A DNA stretch of 64,000 nt, from NCBI GenBank assembly GCA_051294375.1, contig CM119264.1, positions 6,337,624-6,401,623 on the forward strand, read 5' to 3'. Source of the stretch: Paraspadella gotoi. Its lineage: Eukaryota; Animalia; Chaetognatha. Positions 52,872 through 64,000 of the stretch are shown piece after piece (position 1 is the first letter of the stretch; each line of letters begins with the position of its first letter). A program made the translations under genes and the position numbers. A model generated the notes under the pieces. The model was not told where the DNA came from. It ran no database searches and worked only from the letters and a program-made list of their open reading frames with translations.

Positions 52872-55800
52872 CGCAATGATTTTGTTTTTAATAATTTTTA
52901 TAGGACTTTTTATTTAAATTTTTATATATGAGACAACGCTTTTGAATTAAGCCCGCGCTCTACTGATTTGAATAGTAAAATCAATACAGTTTCTGTCAAT
53001 TGTGTTTCAAAATTGGAAAAAAAATTGAAGGCTTGACTATGCAGTTTTATACCTAAAAAACCATTCATTTGATTGCTTTATCAAGCAATTAAATTGCAAG
53101 AATTTTAATTTGGCTTTTTTTCATCATTGATAGAGAAGACCAATAAGGTTTCGGAAAACTGTACTGATATGTATGATTTGGTCTTTTTTAATTCAAGAGC
53201 CAGGAGGTTTTCTTTGGAATAGGAAAAAAACGGCCTGACCAATCCTTTTGTAAATACCATTTTTGGGCAATGATAAATGGGAATTTCGATGCGCTCTACC
53301 TCCATTGGCTTTCCCAAGACGCCAATTCCGAAATCTGCCATATTTGACATAATTTGTTTTGCCTTGACTATGCATTGTGAATAGAATTGAAATATAAAGG
53401 AATCTTGATTCGGAGCTTCGATTCGAACGATGCGCATCTCTAATTAACTTATTAATCTGTACTTTAACTAAATCCCGCTGCTTGCTTAAATTTGACAACT
53501 CCTCTTTTCGAGTCTTTCTTTCTTCTTTCTCTTTCTTTCTTTCTCTCTTTTTTTTGTACTCTTTGTTGTCTTTTTTTACTGGTCATATTTTTTTGTCATG
53601 TCTTCGCCTTCCGTTTTCGTCGTCGTTTTCGCTTCGTTTTGTCGTCTTCTTCTCCGTTGTCGTCGTCATGTGTCTTTGCCTGTCGTTTTCGTCATTCCTG
53701 TTGTTTGTCGTTCTATCCGATCGTGATCTGTTTGTTCGCTTTGTTGGCTTGTCTGTTTTGGCGTCTCTCTAGTGTTTGAGCGCTCGTCTTTTCTCTGTTC
53801 GTTCCTCTCGTCCTTTTCTGTATCGTGCTTCTTGTTGTCGTCCTTTCTCCGTTTCGCTCCTCTTTCTTATTCGTTCGTCCTCATCCTTCGCTTCCGTCTC
53901 GTCACGTCTCCTTTTCCTATCTGTCCCGTTCTCTCTCCATTCCTTATCCTTTGCTCTCTCTGCCTCTTCCCTTCTTCTCCATCCATCCTCCTTCTTTACC
54001 ATACTTGTTTCGGATCGTTGTTCATTCGTCCGTTTGCGTTTATACAACAAATATTTTCGTCGTGACGTTTCGTCCGTCGGGTTGTTGGTTTGTTTTGTTA
54101 ATCCCATTTTTTCGTCCCTTCGCCGTCGTTTTCGTCATTCCACTATTCTATTGTTTTGTCCTTTTTCGTTATTGTGGTTCGTTTGTCGTCAATTGTCCCG
54201 GAAATTTCAAGAATTGTAATAATTTTTCGAAGTGTATTAAAGGTATGAGAAAATTATTCAAATTAAAAAAAAGATTAATATATAAACCGTCGTATTACTT
54301 CATGGCGTTCTGTTTAATCCAAGTTGAAAAAAAAAAAAATCGCAAACTTGCACTTAAAAAAAAAAATTCGATTTGTTGCGCACCTTAACCACCCTGGAAA
54401 AATTTTTTTTTAATTATCGCCAAAAAAAATCTATTTGAGGCCGGACAGTTTTCTTGCTGTATTAACTTCAAGATTTTTTAATACCGAAATTTTGTATGAA
54501 TCTCACAAACTTTCCCCAATTGGACCTTTAGAGAAGAAAGAATAACATTTTTGGAAATGATACGGGAAGGGAAGAGTTCAAAAACACGGAACCAAACCGT
54601 CTCAATAGAATATAATGCCTCAGACCTTTACTGCACCATCTTTGGTGACACGGCCATCGGAGAGTTCAGCATTGTCCGGGATATCTTAATAAATTCTTTC
54701 TTATTATACTCTTTATACGGCATAACTACATGAATATAGCAGTATTCCCTTATCAATCAAACTAAATTTGTTTTAAATTTACAATAATGTAACCATTGTG
54801 AATCTCATAATAATACAATTCCCAATTCTCCTTTCCCGTTTTATGGGATCCGTAAATTGATCGGTTTATCCAAGAGAACCTCTCAAATGAAGTTTTAAGT
54901 TTTGTCCAACCAGACATCCCAGTTTGTATTTATATTGTAAAAATTAATTATTACCAGAACAACCCAGATATTGATACTTCCACACGGCTTATCTTTACCC
55001 CAAACGTCTTAACCTAAAACGTTGTATAGATAACATATATATTAACAAATGATAAAGGCTTTAGAATAATAATAAGAAAAGCTTTCTACAAATGGTTTGA
55101 GTTTGTTTTGAATTAGTAACAACTAATTATATTCTTAGTCTCGTTCCTAAAAAGAACGATTTCCTATAAATTCTGTCTATTAAAAATCAACACACGAATG
55201 AAGACATGAATATAAACCGTCGATTTCGGAGTAATTTGATCTTAATGAGCAATTATCTCTTATGCATTCTATTATATAAATGAATATTCTCTTAGATATG
55301 TATTAAAAATTCCTGATAAACAACATATCTCTCAGCTTTCAATCAAACACAAGAACTTCTACAATTACGTTACTAAGTTGTTTGTCTCCATTGGCCTGTA
55401 CCTAAAATCACCCATTAACGACGAAACAGCAAATCACCAATTGTGTAAATACTTAAATTTTCCCGTTTTTTTCTCTGAACATTTTACCGCGAAACGATAG
55501 AACGAAAGGTTTATAGTTATTTATTTAAGTCTTATATTTTAATTAATCTAGCAGGAAATTTCTTTGAAGCATACCCTAACATGTAAATGATTGATCCATC
55601 TTTTTTGTTGACATAACCTGCTTTCTAAAGTCGTCCCCAACGACCTCCCGAATGTCCTTAGCTCAATTGTTTGAATTTTGGACTCTCTTTCCATTTTTGT
55701 TCACTGTTGTTCTCTCTTATCTTTTTTCTCGGGTGCGTCTTTTCTTCATCTCTGGTTTGTTGCCCTCGTCTTTCTAACCTCATTCTCTAAGTACCGAATT

Positions 55801-58014
55801 CCTTCCACCAACGTAATTTACATTGCCAAAGTCCACTACCGTGTGTGAAATCACATTCAAGGGGGGTTGTCAGCCGCGCAGGAGTCTCCTGGAGTTCGGC
55901 TTACTCTAGACGCTATAAAGTAATTGAGTTCCATCGTCGTCGGTGGTGGTCAAAAGCCTACAATACAGATCGCGTATAAAGAGATCGGTAGGGCCATAGT
56001 GGTACTTGGTTTGGTGGGCGTTTCATCAATAGTGCGAAGAGGGATTAAAAACGTGGTACGAGAGTTGACGATGGAGGACCATCAGGCGGCTTAGGCGTCT
56101 CTCGATTCCCCTGAGCTCGGCGGAGGTGGCTTTGTTTTGGATATAAATCTCTCGCTCTACTTACTTCCTTCCCTGGCTTTGGCTGGCAACTTCTCCTCTC
56201 TCTCTCTTCTCTCTCTCTCTCGTCTCTCTACTCTCTTTCTTCTCTTCTTCTCTCTCTCTCTCTCTCTCTCATCTCTCTCCTCTCCTCACCTCTCGTCTCT
56301 CAATCATCTCTCTCTTCTCTCCCCTTTCTCTCTCTCCATGTCGTCCTCCTGAAAACCAATCTTAGCTGTCTACATCCTTTTTTTCTTCTTTCTTTCTCTT
56401 ATCTTTTTAGTTTTTACCTCAAACCCATGATTAGAGATGCATGTTTTCTACGGACTTAGGAACACGATTGAGGCTTCCTCATATCAATCTTCCTATTCTA
56501 GACTCATTCCACTAATATAAGTCTTTTTGGCAATGACGCGCATTAGTAGGGATTATTGCACGAATGATGCAGATATGGAGTGGTATTTCAAGTTTGACAA
56601 GTTGTAAAGGGCGAGCACACAACAAAGTCGAATTAGCAAATCGAGAGGCTGTGGAGCAACAAAATTGGGATTGTAAGTGTCAAAATCGGAAAGAACGAGG
56701 AAGAAGAGAAGATGAGGATGCAAGCAAAGCTAGCAAAACAGTAAAACGGGCTAAATTACAGAAAAGATGTGTAGCGGCGGAACTCAGATGACTGCTAACA
56801 TATCCACGCTGCTCGTTTTCGTAGACTTGCAATGGAATGGAGGTCGTACCAGTGGACTACATGAGGATACGATTAACTTCTTAGCGTGTATTTCTGACAC
56901 GCACATGCATTGTTTTTTTATTCCGTTTATGTTGATTTATGGGTTGTCTATGACAAGGAACGACGGCAAGTTATGTAAGCATTATGGAGCAATGACAGAC
57001 GGACCCGGACTGAACCCCGACCCGAAGTTTTCGTATCGCTTGGGGTGGACTTAGTGGATCCTTCGGATAGGATGGACTATTAATAATTTAGGAGGCGGAC
57101 TGAGGGGGAAAAAATTCGAGCCAGGAGAATTTGAGCCAGAGAGCAGATTAGGGAAAAAGAGAGCCGGCGAGTAAAAGAAAAGAAAAGGCAGGGAGAAGAG
57201 AAAATGGGGAGAGAGAAGAAAAGAGGACGGAGAGAGGAAGCGGACGAGGAGAGGAGAGGGAGAGAGAGAGGCAATAGGGAATAGAGACGAATGAGAGAAG
57301 AGACGTGGAGGAGACGGAAGTAGGAGAGGAGAAAGAGAGAGAATCACGGAGGTATAAAGATTTCTCGTCTCGTTCTCTTCGGCAAGGCAGAAGAGACTTA
57401 AGGGATTCTAGGATTGTAAAAACGAATTCGGTAGACTGCAGTGCTGGGAGAAAGATTTATGTCAAGAGAGAGAGGCGTAGTGCTATATGAGCTCTAGGAG
57501 ACGATCACGAGTAGTGAAGGAGTGTCATAAGGAGAGACGGTGGAGTCTTGAGCGCGGCATCTTGGAGGACGTTCGTTGGAATATATAGATTGCGAAAGGT
57601 AGTGGAATTAGGATAGGTTAGCGATTGTAGGGATCAGATTACAGGTTAGTGTCAGTGTCGTGGAATCAGGTCAAATTGTAGGGTCCGCTGAAAAGCAAGA
57701 GATGAAGACGTGACTGATTATAAAAAAAGATTTAAATAGGGTTTCTATATCATAGCGATCAAAAAGATTTTTCTTGGAATTATGGATTGATAACTAGCGA
57801 TTGAACGCACGGAACGATAAATAACACGCAAAGAAAATCAACTAGGAAAAAAAAGAATCCAGAAAAAATAAAGAAAGTAAAGATGTTGAGAGGTAAGAGA
57901 ATAAAATTCTGTATGAGTGGTTCCAAGCAAATAGCGTGGACCCTCGTACCCCTTCGAAGTCTGGGCAAGACAAAAGCTCTTGAAAATTCTTCCCTGATGC
58001 CAGGATTGTTCGTG

Positions 58015-58033
58015 GGAGAAGAGAGAGAGAAGT

Positions 58034-58107
<74 letters not shown>

Positions 58108-59236
58108 AGAGAGAGTCTTGGAGCCTTTCGATTTCTTTTTTTAAAATAATTCTAAAATAAATTGTCTTTTAGATAATGATTAAATAAATTGAATTTTGAT
58201 TTTACTCCAAAAAATGAGAAAGAGATCAAGAGAGCGATACATAATGATGAGAATTCATTATACTAGTTAAGTTAAATTAAGGATAAAAGAGTTAAATTTT
58301 CAAAATGGGTAAAAAACAGAGTTACTACTAATTTTTATGTTTAACCAAGTGCTCTTAAACAACGACAACAACAACGACGGAAAACCGCGAAAATTCTGAC
58401 TCGAGATTCGAAAATAGAAATTAAGTGAGTGAGGCAAGGGGAGAAGGAGGTGATGATGATGAGTGGAGCCCAAAAGTAGCTACGAGGCATTTTTTTGTTT
58501 AGAGTGAGGCCTCGAAAGCAGCTGCCTAGAGGTCGGGGAAGGTTTCAAAAAGCCCTTACCCCATCCTAAATTTTCCCTTCACTCCTGCCTCGCCCCGGGC
58601 CCAATTCTAGTATGAGGGCTTAGAGGGGGCGGTGGAAGTAGAAAATCCGTAAAAACGAAAATTAGCGCCATTTTTTAATCACCGATTAGTCGGGCGTGGC
58701 CTGATGGCAAGGACAAGAGTGAATGAGTGATAAAGGTTGAGGACGAAAGGTGAACCTCAGCCGAGAGGACAGTGAAGGGGAAGAGAACCGAAGTGAGAAT
58801 GAAGATAACGTGAGTGGAAAAAGTATAATTATTGACGAGACTGAAGAAAGACAGTGAAATAGAAAAAAAGCACTGGCGGCGTCGTGAGCCGGGCGGGGGG
58901 GTGGAAGTTCGGAGATTCACGTCAGTTGATGTCAACGAGAGACGTCGGCACGAAAAGATTAAATTAAAAGATTACGTAACCAAACGTGAAAATGAGAACG
59001 TGAATTGATGGTTCATCCGGAAACGTTGGGGATGAGTGGGGGGGGGCGACGTGAAAAAGTCACCCACCTCCTTCTAAACCAATCACCGGTCGTGAGGTGA
59101 AGAATCTTTAATGAGGGAGAAACAGAAATCGAAAACGAAATGAAAAGAGATTGAGAGTGGGAAAGAGAGAGAGAGAGATGGGAGAGAAGTCTAAATTAAT
59201 AAGAGAGAGAGAGAGAGAGAAGAGAAGACGAGAGAG

Positions 59237-59274
<38 letters not shown>

Positions 59275-59390
59275 ATTAAATGGAGATAAAACGAGTACAA
59301 AGAGTGACACTAAAATAAAGTTATAAGGAAAAAGAAAAAAGAAAGAAAAGAAAAAAACAAAGACCGAAAAAAAGGAGAAGATGATGATGA

Positions 59391-59421
<31 letters not shown>

Positions 59422-60632
59422 ATGATGATGATGATGTGTTGATCTCTCCGAATCCCAAGAAAACGTCTGTTTTTATTCTCAGCCTTGAAAATCGAAAACT
59501 GAAGAAGTCAAAATCTCCCTGACGCAGAAAGCCAAATTTGTTGTTGTCGTCGTCCTCAATATTATTTTGATCTTTATTTTTTTTTGCCAAAGGCAAAGTC
59601 TTTTAAAGTTTCTCGCGCTATTGCCTGTCTTTTTTCTAAAATACTGTTGACTACATATTGTATTGCATTAGATTTCTCTTTATGCTGTTCGCAGTAGTTT
59701 ATGCTCTGCTTCTCTTCTCTATTGTTAATACAAATCATACGGAGTGTCTGCCTCTCTTGTTTCGAATTGCCAAAGGGCAGAGCCTATTTCTGAGAATGAC
59801 AGACGACGGTTCACGAAAGCGTCACGCGCGAGATTGTCAAAAGTACAGTGTTTAAACTTTTAAAGTATTTAATGTTGGGTGACTCTGTTAATGGGTTGCT
59901 TGTTGTCGAGGTGATTCCCGTATACCGCTATGCTCACCTCCTATAAAGACAACGGTTTGGTAAATATCGTCCACTAACATCGATTAAAACACATTAGTCC
60001 CAACAATTCAGCGTCCAATTGTACTCTATATTTATAAACATTTCAGTTATTTTTGTTATTTGTCACTCTATATTGGTGTTCGTTCGTGTTTTCGCTCTGC
60101 GTTTTCTCGTTTTTGCTTAAAGATACGTAATCAATTCTGTGGATGGAGGGGCAGCTCGACTTGCCCAGGGCGTGTCCAATAGTGATTTCGTCCATAACAA
60201 GTATCCCATAAACGTCCAATATAAATGCAATCAGCGAAAAAATTAGGAGGTGGAAAAAAATTGACTAAAATATATAGTAGGTTTTGTGGCCTTAATCAAA
60301 AAAAGGGGACAGATAATCACAAGAAAATGGAACTAAAATATAACTGGTAAACAATGCAGAAAAAGCAAGAAATAAATGAAATAAAAACGCTGACGAGCCT
60401 CGCAACAGTAAAATATTAGAAGGGAGGAGGAAAAAAAGACAAGAAGACAAATCGTTTAACGGTGTTTATTGAAACTTCGAGTCTCAGACCTACAATGGCG
60501 TCCCCTTTGTGCCAAGCTCTCCAATTTTTGTCATGGTCTGCGTTCAAACGGGCCTTCTAAGAATGAATTTCGTTGATAAGGCTTCCTCGCATCGCGGGCC
60601 CCTTTGGCCAAAAGAGGGGGGGGACCGAGAGA
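58015..60632 (+). repeat. ~2.6-kb duplicated segment, copy B (lacks the 278-bp insertion)
   Basis: Colinear with 50045-52871. The empty site GCGCCATTTTTTAATCACCG lies at ~58665-58684. Confidence 0.9.
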
Positions 60633-60635
60633 AAC

Positions 60636-60754
60636 GGAGGGGGGGGTTTTGGGTGCGGGAGAAGAGAAAAGGCGGGAAAGGTTGAAATGAGAGGAGGAAG
60701 GAGAGGAAAGGACAAACGGTTAAGTGAGGGAATGAAGAAGAGGAGAGAGAGAGA

Positions 60755-60810
<56 letters not shown>

Positions 60811-61022
60811 GGACTAAGCAGGCGGTGGACTCTAGTTTAGTAGTAGTTGGGTTTTCTGATGTTGAGAGGAGGCTAGTTTCGGAAGAGGACTTGGACAGCT
60901 TAANNNNNNNNNNNNNNNNNNNNNNNNNGAGGGGGGGGTTTGGGTCGGAGAAGAGAAAAGGCGGGAAAGGTTGAAATGAGAGGAGGAAGGAGAGGAAAGG
61001 ACAAACGGTTAAGTGAGGGAAT

Positions 61023-61084
<62 letters not shown>

Positions 61085-61171
61085 CTTAAGCAGGCGTGGA
61101 CTACTGTCTAGTAGTAGTTGGGTTTTCTGATGTTGAGGGAGCTAGTTTCGGAAGAGAGCTTGACAGCTTAA
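60636..61171 (+). repeat. ~250-bp direct duplication on either side of the N-gap 60904-60928
   Basis: GAGGGGGGG..GAGAAAAGGCGGGAAAGGTTGAAATGAG...GACAGCTTAA occurs both before and after the gap. Confidence 0.85.
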
Positions 61172-61989
61172 AAAGTAAAGAGAAGCGAGGAGAAAGGTTA
61201 GTGGAACCGAAATTGTCGTTGGCACTTTAACTACACAGATTCCTTTTTACTGCTTTTTTTTCTTTTTCTGTTTCTTATTTGTTGATGTGTTTCTGGTTTT
61301 CTTTCTAGTCCGTTTTTTCTTTCCTTTCTTACTTTATCTCTTTCTGAAGTTAAGGAGATGTTGCTAAGTGTCGAAGTTAAGCCTTGAACCAAAAACTAGC
61401 AGTTGCATTATCAGGTAATGAGATGCTCGTCTAAGTGTTGGGGACGTTCGCATCCCGAAGTTGGGTGCTTGGGTCAGCGTCAGAGAAAGACTCGAGGAAG
61501 GGAGGAGAAACGGAGGAAAGAAAAAGAGAAAACGAAGTGGAGGAAAGGAAAGAAATGCTCAAGAATAAGGAAGAAGAAAGAAAAGTAAAGAGAAGCGAGG
61601 AGAAAGGTTAGTGGAACCGAAATTGTCGTTGGCACTTTAACTACACAGATTCCTTTTTACTGCTTTTTTTCTTTTTCTGTTTCTTATTTGTTGATGTGTT
61701 TCTGGTTTTCTTTCTAGTCCGTTTTTTCTTTCCTTTCTTACTTTATCTCTTTCTGAAGTTAAGGAGATGTTGCTAAGTGTCAGAAGTTAAGCCTTGAACC
61801 AAAAACTAGCAGTTGCATTATCAGGTAATGAGATGCTCGTCTAAGTGTTGGGGACGTTCGCATCCCGAAGTTGGGTGCTTGGGTCAGCGTCAGAGAAAGA
61901 CTCGAGGAAAGGAGGAGAAACGGAGGAAAGAAAAAGAGAAACGAAGTGGAGGAAAGGAAAGAAATGCTCAAGAATAAGGAAGAAGAAAG
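61171..61989 (+). repeat. ~410-bp near-identical tandem duplication (61171-61580 / 61581-61989)
   Basis: AAAAGTAAAGAGAAGCGAGGAGAAAGGTTAGTGG...AAGAATAAGGAAGAAGAAAG is repeated twice. Confidence 0.92.
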
Positions 61990-62048
61990 AAGGAAACAAT
62001 AGAAAAAGAAGAAAGAAAAGAGAGAAAAAAGTAAAGAAAGAAAGAAAA

Positions 62049-62049
<1 letters not shown>

Positions 62050-62123
<74 letters not shown>
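62050..62123. repeat. (GAAA)n tetranucleotide microsatellite
   Basis: Read directly from the sequence. Confidence 0.95.
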
Positions 62124-64000
62124 CAAAAAGAGAGAAAGGAGCTAAGAAAAAAAAATTATGGAATAAGTAAAGAAAAGTAAGAAAATAAGCGAAGGAGAGT
62201 TTGAAGGTGATCAATGGATGAATAGATGAATCAGGGTTTTGAGTTCCATCCGAGTTTAATTTTGGAAAAAGAGAGGAGAGAGAGAAGAAGAGAGAGAGAG
62301 AGAAGAGGAGAGGNNNNNNNNNNNNNNNNNNNNNNNNNTAGAGATGACAGAGAGAGAGGAGAGATGAGAAGATGACGAGAGAGAGAGATGATTAGAGAGA
62401 AAGAATCCGAGAAGAGAAAGGAGAGAAGGGAGAGAGAGAGGCGAGAGAGAGAAAGAGAGAGAGGAGGAGAGAGAGGATCTATGCCGTGTTCACTTCACCC
62501 CGTTCTTAGGTAATGCTCGCATTCCAACAGAGAAAGTCACGCTTAACCTCCTGAGCTCGATCTCGAGAGAGCAGAGAGAGAGAGAGAGAATGAGAGAGAC
62601 GAGAGAGAGACCCGAAGAATTGAGAGAGGAATTAAGAAAAAACACAGAGCCAGAATGAGAAGAAGAAAAGCTTTAGAAATTCAAAAAAAATGAAGGTATT
62701 AATCCATCAAACAACGAGATTTGCACGGCCCAAAGAACAAAGACCCAGAAGACAGGTAGTCCGCCGGCCACTGATGCCCTTTGTCCACCTATGGAACCGA
62801 ACCCAATCTCATCCGTCCGCCGCCCTCATTACCCTCTCTTTTCGGTCGTGCGCTCCGGGACTCTCTTGCGACGGTTTCGCTGGCCGTGGTTTCTGCTCTC
62901 CTTCCTCCCTCGTGCTCCTGACCTCTGACGAGAAAAAACTCTTGCCATTCGGTCTTCTCCTACAGAATTAAACTCCGCCGGTATCACACATCACTTTCCG
63001 TTCGCTATGATCTCCGTGTCGGTCGCCGACATTGTCCTTCTTTTCTCTTTGGCGTGCATTCTCTTCATTTTAAATTTTCCAACTAATTCTTTTTGGGTGA
63101 AAATCTAACATCATACTTCGATAAAAAACTATTTGGAATACCAAGGCTATTGTCCTACCTAAAAACTGATGTCGGAAAAATTTGACAAAAGAGAGAGAGA
63201 GAGAATGAACTCTATTACAATGTTTGAATTGTTTTTAACATCATGTCGTTGTTTCTAAGTTAACTATCTTTGCGTTCGATAAAGATTCAAGGATTTGCTA
63301 GATGTTAATAATTAAATTAGTCTAATAGAGCGATGGGAAAAAAATCTTGTGTTATCAAAAAAATTATTAAACAAATTGTAAATTAGTGCCACAAAATTAT
63401 CATTATAAAAATATATGAAAGACGTTTGCCTTTGTATCTAATATTTTTAAAAGCAACTAACCCAAGAGATTAATATCCAGAAACCAGCAAGTCCAGACCT
63501 TGCTGTGACCGGCCGCTGTGATTTCCTCTCACAAAACTTCCTTAATATAAATAATGACTTATGAAACTGTAGATACAATATAAGATCATCATTACACCAT
63601 AAAAAAGCTTAGTCTTTTGCTTCCCTGAGTTGACAAGAGCTATCTATCAGTATAATAAAGCTAATAACTGTGCCCATGACAGGACTAGAGTGGTTAAGCT
63701 TGCCAATGATTCAATCATACTAATTGATGAATGAATTTATATGAATGATGTTGTAATTAATAAACACTAGAATGAACCCGAACATGTCTGTTTACAATAA
63801 ATAAAATCCGTTGGTCAAAACTAAACCAAACTGTCTCTAAACACTGCAAATAAAAACAAAATATTTTTTTTCTCACTTAAACTTTAATTGATTAATTATT
63901 TTAATTTTAATTCGATTACCTAAATATCAATTTTTTGGAAAAAAGTCTAGCAAAGTTTTTTAACCCTGTCTTTTGTCTGGGAAAGCTGCCTTTGCGCCAA

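Noticed and set aside
53100-57960. Degenerate LINE/LTR coding remnants and a possible SINE near 56980-57080
   Set aside because: No RT (YxDD), integrase or endonuclease motif is recognisable, and the sequence appears too noisy to call.

Overview
AT-rich eukaryotic genomic DNA, most likely an invertebrate animal (spliceosomal GT-AG introns, EGF repeats, a 7TM receptor). It comes from an error-prone long-read or gap-filled assembly with homopolymer indels and N-gaps. There are no prokaryotic operons, rRNA genes or CRISPR arrays, and most entries in the ORF track are microsatellite artefacts. A ~22-kb tandem duplication (1920-23950 / 23951-45701) dominates the window, and the second copy has fewer errors. 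Manual exon joining with both copies gives four genes. (1) A minus-strand type II membrane protein with an acidic cytoplasmic N-terminus, one TM helix and two EGF-like domains. (2) A complete 4-exon CDP-alcohol phosphatidyltransferase (PI-synthase-like paralogue) nested antisense inside an intron of gene 1. (3) Four minus-strand exons of a disordered Q/H/S/T-rich protein. (4) A plus-strand, highly divergent rhodopsin-like 7TM receptor with DRY replaced by DLT. The rest holds MITE-, foldback- and DINE-1-like repeats, a Ty3/gypsy PBS+gag-like fragment, a 278-bp TG..CA insertion with an internal tRNA-like cassette present in only one copy of a 2.7-kb duplication, a 60-bp minisatellite and many microsatellites. 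Gene models are hand-built and need transcript confirmation.
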